Of a stretch of DNA of 54,917 nt, positions 41,756-52,200 are shown in pieces. Origin of the DNA: Patescibacteria group bacterium (GTDB lineage Bacteria; Patescibacteriota; Minisyncoccia; Phycocordibacterales; Phycocordibacteraceae). The position numbers and the translations under genes are program-made. How positions within the stretch are numbered: position 1 is the stretch's first letter; the number at the start of each line of letters is the position of its first letter. The stretch spans positions 38,252 to 93,168 of the forward strand of contig JBBTSO010000002.1 of the NCBI GenBank assembly GCA_038064695.1. Reading direction: 5' to 3'. A model generated the notes under the pieces. It was not told where the DNA came from, searched no databases, and worked only from the letters and a program-made list of their open reading frames with translations.

Positions 41756-42874
41756 TTATCGCACTGACGTGTATCCTCCCAAAACACCATTTTTAGAAAG
41801 CACGATTTGCCAGAGCTGATTGTTTTGTCGTGAACGAAACGCACCGGCCATTGAAAGTAGGTAGTACCTCCACATACGGTAAAATCGTTCATTGTATTTT
41901 TCTTTAAGTTGCGGCCACGCAGCATCAAAATTTTTCATCCACGCCATGAGTGTGGGGTCGTAGTAGGGTCCAAAGTTATGCCAATCCTCCATAACAAATA
42001 TTCCTTCAATAGCTTCAGCAATCTGTTTAATTGAGGGGAGGAGTCCGTTAGGAAAAATATATTTATGAAACCACGGATCCGCGAGCGTGGTCGTTTTATT
42101 ACTCCCAATGTGGTGCAAAAGAAATAACCCATCATCTTTTAAAATATTTCGCACCGTTTTCATCATAGTGCGGTGATTTTTATACCCCACGTGTTCAATC
42201 ATTCCCACGCTCACCACTTTGTCATATGAACCCGTAAGGTCTCGATAGTCGCATTTTAAAATTTCAACAGGCAACCCCTTCGTGTACGATTGTGCGTACG
42301 CAATCTGTTCATCCGAAATACTGACGCCGGTTACGGTGCATCCATATTTTTCTGCAGCAAATTTGGCGAGTCCTCCCCACCCGCAGCCAATATCAAGCAG
42401 GTGGTCTTCTTTTTTTAACTGTAGTTTCCTACAAATGAGGTCAAGTTTATCTTCTTGCGCCTTGTTCAAGTCGTCTTTTGTCTGTGCAAAGTAGCCACAC
42501 GTGTATTGGTTGTAGGGGTCAAGGAACGACATATAGAGGTCATTTCCGAGATCATAATGCTCATCGATGACTTTTCGAGCGCCTCGCTTACTTTGTAAAT
42601 TTAGTATTTTTGATTTTAAAATATAGAAGAGTGTTTCAAAACTCATTCCCACTTTTTCATTAACGCGCGCACGAATGAGGCGGCAAACCATCTCGTCAAG
42701 CGCCTCGCAGTCCCACCACCCGTCCATGTAGGATTCACCAAGCGCAAGCGAACCGCCAGTCAAAATTCGCTGATAGAGCTGCTCGTTATGAATCTGCGGG
42801 TCATAGGGATGTGGCCCGTTTATGGTGAGTCCGGCGTAAGAAAGTAGTGTATGAAGTGTCTGCTTCGGGTTCAT
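41756..42874 (-). CDS. cfa: cyclopropane-fatty-acyl-phospholipid synthase family SAM-dependent methyltransferase
   Basis: 372 aa. YDLGNDLY, the SAM motif LLDIGCGWGGL, and MIEHVG. Confidence 0.85.
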   Translation of the reverse strand: MNPKQTLHTLLSYAGLTINGPHPYDPQIHNEQLYQRILTGGSLALGESYMDGWWDCEALDEMVCRLIRARVNEKVGMSFETLFYILKSKILNLQSKRGARKVIDEHYDLGNDLYMSFLDPYNQYTCGYFAQTKDDLNKAQEDKLDLICRKLQLKKEDHLLDIGCGWGGLAKFAAEKYGCTVTGVSISDEQIAYAQSYTKGLPVEILKCDYRDLTGSYDKVVSVGMIEHVGYKNHRTMMKTVRNILKDDGLFLLHHIGSNKTTTLADPWFHKYIFPNGLLPSIKQIAEAIEGIFVMEDWHNFGPYYDPTLMAWMKNFDAAWPQLKEKYNERFYRMWRYYLLSMAGAFRSRQNNQLWQIVLSKNGVLGGYTSVR

Positions 42875-43057
42875 TTATGGTTGTTTTTCGAGTTCAGAAT
42901 TTAGCTCTTGTAATTTCTGAATACCCTCTACTCCATATTCTGCCGTATCTGAGAGAGAATTGCCAACGGTCAAAAAACGAAGTGCCACAAGGGCAAAAAA
43001 GGCGATAATAATGAAGAGACCAAAAAAAGAGGCACTACTTTTTGTAGTAACTTTCAT
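42875..43057 (-). CDS. small membrane protein (60 aa), hypothetical
   Basis: TM segment SSASFFGLFIIIAFFALVALRF. Overlaps the tkt C-half stop by 4 nt and abuts the cfa start. Confidence 0.45.
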   Translation of the reverse strand: MKVTTKSSASFFGLFIIIAFFALVALRFLTVGNSLSDTAEYGVEGIQKLQELNSELEKQP

Positions 43058-44046
43058 TGTTTTCTACTCACCACCCGTCGCACCGCATCCACAATAGCGG
43101 AAGCATTAAGTTTATAGTGTGCAATTAACTCTGATGCGGTGCCAGACTGTCCAAACTCGTCATGCATACCGATAAACTCAATGGGGGTGGGGTGCTCGCG
43201 TGCAAGAAATTCAGCAACCGCGCTACCTAAACCACCCGCTATTTGGTGTTCTTCAACGGTTACCAATGCTCCTGTACGTTTTGCTAAATCAAGAATCGTT
43301 TTCTCGTCTAGCGGCTTTACCGTGTGGCTATTTAAAACAGAAACCGCAATTCCCTCCTCTTTGAGTTGTTTTGCAGCAAGGAGCGCTTCATATAAAAGCG
43401 GCCCGCACCCAATGATGCCAACCTCTGGCTTCTCGTCTTCCCACAAGTAATAGGCCTTGCCGATTTCAAACGGAGTTTGAGAACTCGTAAAAACTGGCAT
43501 TTTTTCTCGACCAAAACGGAGGTAGGTTGGCTTTCCATTAAATGCTGCCTCAACAGTTGCTTTTCTTCCTTCTTCAGCATCGCCCGGCACAATGACAATC
43601 ATATTGGGAAGTACGCGCATCAGTGCTATGTCTTCAAGCATTTCGTGGGTCGCACCATCAGGGCCTGTCTGAACGCCCGCGTGCATGCCGCACACTTTTG
43701 CGGGAACATCATTTAAAGCAATAGTGGTGCGAATTTGTTCATAATTTCTGCCCGGAGAAAATGCCGCGTAGGAAGTAAAAAAAGGAATTTTGCCGTAGTT
43801 CGCGAGCCCCGCGGACACGGTGGCAAGATTTTGCTCGGCAACACCCATTTCAATGAATCTATCCGGAAACTCTTTCTGAAACCAATCCGCGCGCGTTGAT
43901 TCAGCCAAATCGGCTGAAAGCACCACCACCCGTTCATCTTTTTTTCCTGCCTCAACGGTACCCAAACCAAAACCATCCCTGGTTGGTTTTTTTTCAACCT
44001 CATCGGTGAAAATCTTTTCTGAAAGTTTTGCGTCTTTGTTAATCAT
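43054..44046 (-). CDS. tkt: transketolase, C-terminal (pyrimidine-binding plus C-terminal domain) subunit
   Basis: 330 aa. RDGFG, FIEMGVAEQN and GPDGATHE. Confidence 0.88.
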   Translation of the reverse strand: MINKDAKLSEKIFTDEVEKKPTRDGFGLGTVEAGKKDERVVVLSADLAESTRADWFQKEFPDRFIEMGVAEQNLATVSAGLANYGKIPFFTSYAAFSPGRNYEQIRTTIALNDVPAKVCGMHAGVQTGPDGATHEMLEDIALMRVLPNMIVIVPGDAEEGRKATVEAAFNGKPTYLRFGREKMPVFTSSQTPFEIGKAYYLWEDEKPEVGIIGCGPLLYEALLAAKQLKEEGIAVSVLNSHTVKPLDEKTILDLAKRTGALVTVEEHQIAGGLGSAVAEFLAREHPTPIEFIGMHDEFGQSGTASELIAHYKLNASAIVDAVRRVVSRKQ

Positions 44047-44369
44047 GAGTAGAGTTCACGTAAACCAATAAACAAATCCGGAACAAGCATTCCAAAAATA
44101 AATACGAAAATAGTCAAAGCCGAAGCAATGATGTATATCGTTGCTTCTCGTGACGAACCATCTTTAGAAAAAATCTCAGCGGTGCGCATGAAAGTGAACA
44201 CAGACAAAATGATTATACCCAATAAAAGAAATGCGACGGGTAATATGTAAAGAAACCCGGCAATAGGAACTGAGGCAAGATGTCCAAAAAATGAATCAAA
44301 AAGAAACCACGCGATCCAAAATCCTGAGAGGAGAAACAGCGGCACATAGCGTTTTTTATCTTTTGGCAT
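44043..44369 (-). CDS. hypothetical polytopic membrane protein (108 aa) between the two transketolase halves
   Basis: Three hydrophobic segments. ATG at 44369, 7 nt after the tkt N-half stop. A 4-nt overlap with the tkt C-half start. Confidence 0.5.
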   Translation of the reverse strand: MPKDKKRYVPLFLLSGFWIAWFLFDSFFGHLASVPIAGFLYILPVAFLLLGIIILSVFTFMRTAEIFSKDGSSREATIYIIASALTIFVFIFGMLVPDLFIGLRELYS

Positions 44370-44376
44370 ATAAATT

Positions 44377-45237
44377 TTAATGCTTTGTTCCACATGCTTC
44401 ATGGAGCTGCGCGACAAATGACTCAAGTTGCTCTTTCTTCGGCGGATTGCCGTGCCAGCGATAATCGTTCTCAATCTCGCGCACTCCTTTCCCTGGTGTC
44501 GTGTGCGCGAGAATTAAAGTGGGTTTTTCCTTTATAGATTTTGCTTCTTCAACTGCGTCAGCAATTTCTTCAATGTTGTGTCCATCAATTTCCAAAACGT
44601 GCCAGTTGAACGCTCGGTACTTATCACTCAAGGGCTCCAGAGGCATGACATCCTCCGTATTTCCCGTTATCTGAATGTTGTTACGGTCCATAATCGCAAT
44701 CAAATTATTTAGGCGATACTTTGCGGCAAACATAACCGCCTCCCATGTATTTCCCTCTTGCTGTTCACCGTCTGACATAAGGCAGAAGGTGAAAAATTTC
44801 TTTTTATCCATCTTGGCGGCATACGCGATGCCGGACGCTTGAGAAAGCCCGCTCCCCAAGGGTCCTGACGTAGTCTCAACACCAGGAAGAAAGTGTCGCT
44901 CGGGGTGACCCTGCAAACGACTTCCAAATTGCCGCAACGTCATACACTCTTCTACAGGAAAGTAACCAGCGTGAGCCATCGCAACGTATCGAACGGGAGT
45001 GATGTGCCCGTGGGAAAGAATGAGGCGGTCGCGCTCTTCCCACCCTGGGTTTTTAGGGTCGTGGTTCAACGTATGAAAATAGAGAACGGTAAAAATATCA
45101 GCCATACCCAAAGGTCCCGCGGTGTGTCCACCAGTTCCCCGCTCACCGGAAGCTACGAGCGAGCGCAGAGTTGTTTCGCGTATCAGGCATGCTTTTTTCT
45201 CGAGCTCTTGTACTTTTTCTTCAGTAATATGTTTCAT
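44377..45237 (-). CDS. tkt: transketolase, N-terminal (TPP-binding) subunit
   Basis: 286 aa. GGHTAGPLGMADI, DRLILSHGH and SDGEQQEGNTWEA. Confidence 0.88.
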   Translation of the reverse strand: MKHITEEKVQELEKKACLIRETTLRSLVASGERGTGGHTAGPLGMADIFTVLYFHTLNHDPKNPGWEERDRLILSHGHITPVRYVAMAHAGYFPVEECMTLRQFGSRLQGHPERHFLPGVETTSGPLGSGLSQASGIAYAAKMDKKKFFTFCLMSDGEQQEGNTWEAVMFAAKYRLNNLIAIMDRNNIQITGNTEDVMPLEPLSDKYRAFNWHVLEIDGHNIEEIADAVEEAKSIKEKPTLILAHTTPGKGVREIENDYRWHGNPPKKEQLESFVAQLHEACGTKH

Positions 45238-45908
45238 AGCGGAAGTGAGGTGAGTGCGTCTATCGCTTTCTTTGGATCAGGTGCATTAAAAACGTATGAG
45301 CCAGGCGCCAAACGACGAGCGCCGGCGGCTATCAACTCCGGCGCAGTCTCTAAGTTTACCGAGCCGTCAACTTCAATTATAACATTGGGGTAGCGAGCGT
45401 GAACTTCGCGAATAGTTGAAAGAACCCGAGGGTCAAACGGCTGACCTTGAACACCTATGGTGGCAATGCCCATAAGTTGCACAACTGAAATATGCTCAAT
45501 ATACGCGTCAATACGTTCAATGGGTGTTCCTATTTTTAACGAAACTCCAAGCTCAACGGTGTCTCCCGCTGCCGCACGAAGCGCTGAAAAATCGTGGCGC
45601 GCCTCCACATGGAAGAGAGCGCGCACCACGCCTACTCGTATCCAATCGGGTAAAAGCTTTTCAGGGCTGTGTGCCATAAAGTGAACTTCAAATTCAAATT
45701 CATCCGCAAAGGGGAGTCGGTCTTGCCCGCGAACCAAGCGTTCAAATTGAACGTCGTCCCCCGGGTTCATAGGCCACGAACGCGATGGCACAAACATACC
45801 GTCGGCAACATCGATTTGAAACGTTTTTACCATTCCGCGCACGAGTGAGAGTTTTTGTGAAAGCTCCGCGTATGACAGAGCGGGTAACGATGGGATAACC
45901 TCAGTCAT
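45234..45908 (-). CDS. rpe: ribulose-phosphate 3-epimerase-like protein (divergent)
   Basis: Pattern QIDVADGMFVPS, EVHFMAHSP, VQLMGI..GVQGQPF, IEVDGSVN, APGSYVF. ATGA overlaps on both sides. Confidence 0.7.
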   Translation of the reverse strand: MTEVIPSLPALSYAELSQKLSLVRGMVKTFQIDVADGMFVPSRSWPMNPGDDVQFERLVRGQDRLPFADEFEFEVHFMAHSPEKLLPDWIRVGVVRALFHVEARHDFSALRAAAGDTVELGVSLKIGTPIERIDAYIEHISVVQLMGIATIGVQGQPFDPRVLSTIREVHARYPNVIIEVDGSVNLETAPELIAAGARRLAPGSYVFNAPDPKKAIDALTSLPL

Positions 45909-46387
45909 ATACTTTGATCAATCATGCGGTGTCGTCTGATATGTCGTTCAGCATTTGAAAACGGGGTCTTGAGCCAACGTTCAACGGCGCGTTGAGCGTC
46001 ATCAAGTTCAACAAACCTTCCTCCGATTGAAAGAATGTTTGAATCATTATGATTCCGTGTTGACTCAATTAAATCAAGTTCCTGACCGTCCGCGTCGGTT
46101 TGCTTATTTTTCGGCTCCCCATAATACACCACAGCCCTTACTCCTTTAATTCGATTTGCAGCAAATGCTTCTCCTTGACCAGAGCCACCGATAATAACCC
46201 CGCGATGTTCTTCGGGATTCTCTGAGACTCTGCGAGCTGCTTCCATGACAAAAGGCGGGTAATCATCTGCTGGGTCAAACGCGTGCGCACCAACGTCAAC
46301 TACTTCGTACCCAAGTGACTCAACAAATGATTTCAATTCTTCTTTTAAACTAAACCCACCGTGATCAGCCGCAAAAAATACCTTCAT
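45905..46387 (-). CDS. rpiB: ribose-5-phosphate isomerase B (RpiB/LacAB family)
   Basis: 160 aa. MKVFFAADHGGFSLK and GVIIGGSGQGEAFAANR. Confidence 0.85.
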   Translation of the reverse strand: MKVFFAADHGGFSLKEELKSFVESLGYEVVDVGAHAFDPADDYPPFVMEAARRVSENPEEHRGVIIGGSGQGEAFAANRIKGVRAVVYYGEPKNKQTDADGQELDLIESTRNHNDSNILSIGGRFVELDDAQRAVERWLKTPFSNAERHIRRHRMIDQSI

Positions 46388-46390
46388 ACA

Positions 46391-47419
46391 CTACACATAT
46401 TTCCCTGTCTCAAGGACATGCATAAGGAGCGTATTGGTGTACCCCATTTCGTTGTCATACCACGCAAACACTTTCACTAAAGTTCCATCGACTACTTTTG
46501 TAAACGACAAGTCGGCAATTGATGCGTGTAAATCCCCCACAATATCACTTGAAACCAGCGGCTCATATGTTGCCATAAAAATACCTTCCCACCGTTTCTC
46601 TTTCGCCGCTTTTTCAAGGATGCTGTTTATTTCCTCAACAGTCGTTGCTCGTTTTGCAATAAAAGTGATATCAACTAATGACCCAACTACCACCGGCACG
46701 CGTATAGCCACTCCGTCAAATTTTCCTTTAAGTTGTGTGAGTGCTTTCGTGGTAGCAATAGCCGCTCCCGTTGTCGAGGGAATAATATTTTGTGCCGCAG
46801 CACGCCCGTCGCGAAATTCTTTCTTTGACGGTCCATCTACTAATGACTGCGATGCCGTGTACCCGTGTACGGTAGAGAGCACTGCCTTTTCAATTCCCAC
46901 AGTCTCATCAAGAATAGCTATTAATGGATTCCCCGCGTTCGTGGTACACGAAGCGTTAGAACTAATGTCACATGTTTGTAGACGCTCTTGGTTTACTCCC
47001 ATCAGCACCGTGGCTCCCGATACTCCAGCGTCTTCAGGGTTATCTTTTACCGGTGCCGTCACTACCACCCGCTTCGCACCAGAGGCTAAGTGCACCTTTG
47101 CTTTTTCATAACTAGCAAAAGCACCCGTTGCTTCAACCACTACGTCAACGTTGAGCTTCTTCCATGGTAATTGCATCGGATCTTTTTCCGCGTAGACAGG
47201 AATGGTCACACCGTCAACAACCAACGCGTCATCTTTATAAGAAACAGCGAATGCTGCTTTTCCGTACACAGTGTCACGCGCGAGTAGGTACGCTAAATTC
47301 TCTGCATCACCTAAATCGTTAATAGCGACTATTTCTATGCCTGAATGTCCCTGTGCAAGTCTAAAAAACGCTCTCCCAATTCTTCCAAAACCATTGATGG
47401 CGACACGTACTTTTTTCAT
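46391..47419 (-). CDS. gap: glyceraldehyde-3-phosphate dehydrogenase
   Basis: VAINGFGRIGR, SNASCTTN and WYDNEMGY. ATG at 47419, preceded by AGAGGA. Confidence 0.93.
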   Translation of the reverse strand: MKKVRVAINGFGRIGRAFFRLAQGHSGIEIVAINDLGDAENLAYLLARDTVYGKAAFAVSYKDDALVVDGVTIPVYAEKDPMQLPWKKLNVDVVVEATGAFASYEKAKVHLASGAKRVVVTAPVKDNPEDAGVSGATVLMGVNQERLQTCDISSNASCTTNAGNPLIAILDETVGIEKAVLSTVHGYTASQSLVDGPSKKEFRDGRAAAQNIIPSTTGAAIATTKALTQLKGKFDGVAIRVPVVVGSLVDITFIAKRATTVEEINSILEKAAKEKRWEGIFMATYEPLVSSDIVGDLHASIADLSFTKVVDGTLVKVFAWYDNEMGYTNTLLMHVLETGKYV

Positions 47420-47442
47420 ATCCTCTATTGTACACTGTCTCA

Positions 47443-47985
47443 TTAGGATTCAACGCTGAGGGTTTTAAGGATGTCAGCAAGCCAGGAATCAAGCTCTGCG
47501 TAGGTGGTTATTTCGTATAGATACCCATGGTGGACAAACCACACCTCTCGACTTTCACCAATAACTGGTGCCACACTCCAAAAAATAAGGGCTCGTGCGT
47601 TATTTTTTCCTACGACAATCTCGGTTGGTTCGCGAACGACTCCTGAAGGAACGTCCTCTCTGATACGAGACAAAGAAATACTTTCGTCACTATACGGCGT
47701 GGCAAAAATTTGAAATCCTTTTTCCTCTCCCGGCTGTTGAAATACAATCGTGTAGCCTCCCCCTTCCTCCGGATACTCGTGTACTGAAAGCTCTGATGGG
47801 TACTCCAGGCTAAGACCGAGTGTAGTGTTTTCATACTTGGTGTGCGTGGTACTGACTGTATGGCTAACCCCTGTTCGTAAGCGTTCAGGTTCCCCACTGT
47901 ACGGCGCCGTACCTTCGGAGAAAAAAATAAAACCGGTACCGATTCCGAGAATATAAATAAAGAGTAAAGGAATGTATTTTTTCAT
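47443..47985 (-). CDS. hypothetical secreted/anchored protein (180 aa)
   Basis: N-terminal signal-like MKKYIPLLFIYILGIGTGFIFF. Lies downstream of the LamG-like gene. Confidence 0.5.
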   Translation of the reverse strand: MKKYIPLLFIYILGIGTGFIFFSEGTAPYSGEPERLRTGVSHTVSTTHTKYENTTLGLSLEYPSELSVHEYPEEGGGYTIVFQQPGEEKGFQIFATPYSDESISLSRIREDVPSGVVREPTEIVVGKNNARALIFWSVAPVIGESREVWFVHHGYLYEITTYAELDSWLADILKTLSVES

Positions 47986-47989
47986 ACTT

Positions 47990-49270
47990 TTATCGTAAAC
48001 GAATGCCACGCAAACGAACACCCAGGAGCCTGATGATGCGCGGATAACTTACCAACTGCGTTTCCTCGGCACCAAACGTCCAAAATGTTGCCGAAGCACG
48101 AGTGTTGTTGTATATCGTTAAAATGTCCATTGAGTGTAGGGCTCGCGAGTATACGCGAACATCGTCAATGGTTCCGGCATAATAAAGATCGCGTCGCCCG
48201 ATGTAAAAAGAGTTGGTGGAGTTCGACATACCGGTGTAGGTGCCCGCGTTTGAATTTGAGGTTGAGACAGTAGACCCGTTCGCATAAAGAAACTGCCCCG
48301 CGTTAGTTTCAGATCCGGTGTAGGACACCGCGACGTGATTCCACACTCCGACGGTCAAGGCGTTTGCTGCTGACTTTCCGATGTAGTTTGAAGTACCGTT
48401 GTGGGTTGTACGCCAAATAAAACTTGCTCCTGAGTTGAAAATGTTTAAGTAATACTCCCCGACGTTGAAGTCATCGGCCTTGGTCACCACCCCGCCTGCG
48501 CTTGAAGCAGTTGGTTTTGTCCAGACGAGCACTGACATTGGCTGATCCTGTCCGCCGCTCGTAAAAGAAAGCGAGTCGTTGTCAGCAACTAAAATATGGT
48601 CATCAACACCATCGAATTCGAGTGCACCATCCACCTGCCCTTTTACCTGATCCGCAGTGTCCATACTTCCCGTGTCGGTTCCGTTGTTAGTACCTAGTGA
48701 GTCTGCAATGCCTCCTGCGCCGGCCACCGTGGGGTCTTCGGTTAGGTTCCACACAGATACTTCACCCAAAGCACCGAACGTCCCCGCCTCGTTGGACACG
48801 TCCGATGCTGCATTGTCATCATACCCATAGTAAAGGAGAACGTTTTTTGCGGTCGTTGAAGAAATGTCGGTTGGCTCAACCCAAAGTACAAACTCTCCCG
48901 TCGTTTGGACATATTTTTCAAAGTAGAAGTCGAGAAGCGTGCCACTGTCAGCATTGCAGTCAGTTCCACTGGTCACCGCAACATCGACAGGCGTGGTAGT
49001 ACCGGAGGTAGCGGTTACTTCAAAGATGCGTCCCGCTGAAGAAGTTGCCGCGAGGGTTGAAATGGTAGAGGTTGCAACAAGCGCAAATCCAAGCGTTGTG
49101 GTGGTTGCGATACCGCCTGAGTTTCCCCCTGTAGCCATCGTCAATTTTCGGCAATACTGATAGTCAGTGTTATACCATGCGGCAAAAACGGAAACAGGTA
49201 TAAAAAATACAAACGCGAAAATGCTGATAAACAAGAAAATGTACACTTGCTCTTTTTTGCTGTATTGCAT
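47990..49270 (-). CDS. secreted DUF2341-like plus LamG/concanavalin-A-like lectin domain protein
   Basis: Signal/anchor, then WYNTDYQYCRKLT...LDFYFEKY...VLWVEPT...LLYYGYD (DUF2341-like). This is followed by ALEFDGVDDHILV...WNHVAVSY...IDDVRVYSRAL (Laminin_G_3-like). Confidence 0.65.
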   Translation of the reverse strand: MQYSKKEQVYIFLFISIFAFVFFIPVSVFAAWYNTDYQYCRKLTMATGGNSGGIATTTTLGFALVATSTISTLAATSSAGRIFEVTATSGTTTPVDVAVTSGTDCNADSGTLLDFYFEKYVQTTGEFVLWVEPTDISSTTAKNVLLYYGYDDNAASDVSNEAGTFGALGEVSVWNLTEDPTVAGAGGIADSLGTNNGTDTGSMDTADQVKGQVDGALEFDGVDDHILVADNDSLSFTSGGQDQPMSVLVWTKPTASSAGGVVTKADDFNVGEYYLNIFNSGASFIWRTTHNGTSNYIGKSAANALTVGVWNHVAVSYTGSETNAGQFLYANGSTVSTSNSNAGTYTGMSNSTNSFYIGRRDLYYAGTIDDVRVYSRALHSMDILTIYNNTRASATFWTFGAEETQLVSYPRIIRLLGVRLRGIRLR

Positions 49271-49272
49271 AG

Positions 49273-52200
49273 TTATTCTTCGTGGTGAGCGGTGGTATCT
49301 TCGAGTGTTGCACTAACGGCCTCCTGTTCAACGGTTGAGGTGGCTGTTTCAACATTCTCTGACAGTGCGAAGTCGGAAACAACAGAGAGATCGGCATTCA
49401 CCGTCGTCGTGGTCGTTGCTGTTTCAATAATGTTCGTAATGACGACGGTATCACCATTTACTTCAACCTGCTCCCCCACCACAACCGTTCGTGTTGCTTC
49501 ACCAATGTTCCCGTCTGTGTCGGTCGCGCGATACGTAATGGTATATGAAGTCGACGTTGATGTATCTAGAGTTACTACACTGACTTCCGCATCGCCAATG
49601 AACGTGTGAATGCCAAGATTTTGATTAAGATTATCGGTAACCGATGCGCCGAGATCCACGTAGGTTGCACCCACGGCAACGAACGCGGGGTTATTTCCAA
49701 AGAGCGTAATGACTGGTGCTTCTGTGTCAGTAGGTATAGCTACATCGATGGAAGCCGTTGCACCTCCGCGAAGCGCTAAAAGCTCCTTTAATTCTCCTTC
49801 GGTAATGCACGTTTCGCCAATGCACAACTGATTCGTAATATGAATCTCCCGTGTCATAAAACGTTCTGAAAGTGCTGAAAGCTGTGCCGTATTTTCGGTA
49901 ACGACAGCATAGAGATCACGCAATGCCCCGAGCACACTTGCAAGAAGGTCGGGTACACTCATACCGGCAAAAAGTGTTCCTGATTCAAGTGACGCAAAAA
50001 ACGTTTCTGTGTTCTCGGTTGTTTCAGGAACAAGAGAGTCAAGCGCAATGCCATTTACCTTATCAAATTGTTCAAAAATAATACTGATCTTTGCGCGCTT
50101 CTTACCATCTTGAGTCACTGCAGTAACGGTGTTCCAGTCAAGAGGCTGCGCTGCTTTCGCTACTACATGAGATATAAATGCTTCGCCGTCATCTTTCATG
50201 GCGTGTCCCGACACGGCAGAGGTGATGAGGTTGTCGCCCGGTTCAATTGATTCCTCCTCACCCTGGGTCACCCACACGTCGCCGTTACCCACGGCCATAA
50301 TGAGGTACGGGTTTTCCTCCGAAAGAGGTTTAGCTGGCTCCTGGAGCGCGAGCATGACGCCCATAACATTCGATGCGTTTTTTTCGGAAGCGAGCGTGAC
50401 ACCGTATATTGGCTCCGATTCTGCGTTTTCACTCTCGTTCGCGTTTTGACCAGTATAGGCAACCAGCATACCGCGCGGAATGTTCTCACTTGTCGTCGCG
50501 TAGTGGGCGCCGGTGAATGCGCCGTACGTAACGGTATTACCAGCAATAGAAATAGTGGCCTCAGAGGTTCCATCCTGACGGAAGCGCACCAAAACGCCAT
50601 CACTGTCGTTACGGTTAATGTTGAATTCTCCGATTGATACAAACCCTGCCGTTCCGTCAGCACAAAGTGAAATTCCTTCAAGTGCAGAATTTCCAGTGCA
50701 ATTTTCCGCCGTTCTCCCTATAATCACGTCACTTGCAAAGTAGCCACTGCCTGCAATATCAACCCAGAAAAAATCTGCGAGTGTTGTGCCTTTAGAAGCT
50801 CTGAACACTTTTCCGGTCGACGCACCGGTATCAAATGGATAGATAAACTGAAATGCACCGTTATCGTTCGCACCAAAACTGGCGTTTGCAACTTCAACTA
50901 AATAACCGGTGCGTGCGCTTGTAGTTTGAGCCCAAAATGCCGGTTGGTTAATTGAATATCCGTATAACGACTGTGCTCCAGTAGCCCCAGGGGTGACCGT
51001 CACTTTACCATTTGGTGTAGTTGAACCGATACCGATGTTTCCAGCGTTATTAATAATGAATGACGTCGCAGTTGATGAACCAACCACAAACTGGTTGACG
51101 TCACCCGCGACAGGGTTCACGGCAAGTTTTGCGAAAGGAGTGGTACTACCGATGCCCACGAGACCAGTTGAAGCATTGAAATGGGCGATCGCGGAAGCGT
51201 CAAGGGCGCGAAATTCAAAACCTTGTGTTGAAACATTAAAGTAGAGGCCAGCGTCCTGATCTCCGTCGTACCTAAACGCATAATCGTCACCACCAACAAG
51301 GTAATCTCCAGTTCCAGAAAAAGAGAGATCGCCCCCCGAACTCACCCTGAGTAATCCCCCGCTTCCTATACTGAGCCGCGAAGCAGGGGCCGCATCATCA
51401 ATTCCCACATTCCCCGTATTCGTAATTATGAAAGAGGTTGCCGTACTTGATCCCACCACAAACTGGTTCGTGTCGCCCGCGACAGGGTTCACGGCAAGTT
51501 TTGCGAAAGGAGTGGTGGTACCAATGCCGACAAGTCCTGTGGTCAAAGCCGAGATACGCTCATTTCCCCCACCACTCGCCGCATCATATATAGAGAGACG
51601 ACCATCGGAACCATTGTTTAAGCTCCATGTTGAAGTACCAATGTTCACGGTTCCCGCCCAAAGTGCATTCCAGCGTGAAGCACTTGCGCCTAGGTCATAT
51701 GCAGAAAGGTTATTGGTATACGTTCCGTTCGGAATGATGCTATTTGAGGCAAGGTTCCCCGCAACCGAAAGTTTTGCAAAAGGTGACGTCGTACTCACGC
51801 CAACGTTACTATTTGCTTCAAGAATAGTGAGTGCCGTTTCAGTTGACGTCGCAAACGTCGAGGGAGAGGAGGTGGCGAGGTACAGGTTGCCCCCAGCGTT
51901 TCGGAAGGTCCACTGACTTGAGGTTAACGAGCCATCGGTCAAGGCGAGCTGGGGAGCAGTCGATGATGCGACGGTGAGTGCCCATCGAGGTGTGGTGGTA
52001 CCGATACCCACCCAGCCAGAGGTGAAGGAGATGGAGCCGCTTGCGCCGTCAGTCCACTGCGAGGTAGAGATGTTGGACCAACTTCCTCCTGAATTTTTCA
52101 CCTGGATGGTGCCGGTGCTGTCGCGAATACCGTATCCCAAGGTTCCGGAAGTGCCCGCCCAGTTGATGTAGCGTGAGGCTTCTTGGAAGACAAGGTTTGA

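Noticed and set aside
46434-47111. 225-aa plus-strand ORF overlapping gap.
   Set aside because: It lies entirely antisense to a confidently identified GAPDH gene and has no recognisable motif, so it is an artefact of an open antisense frame.
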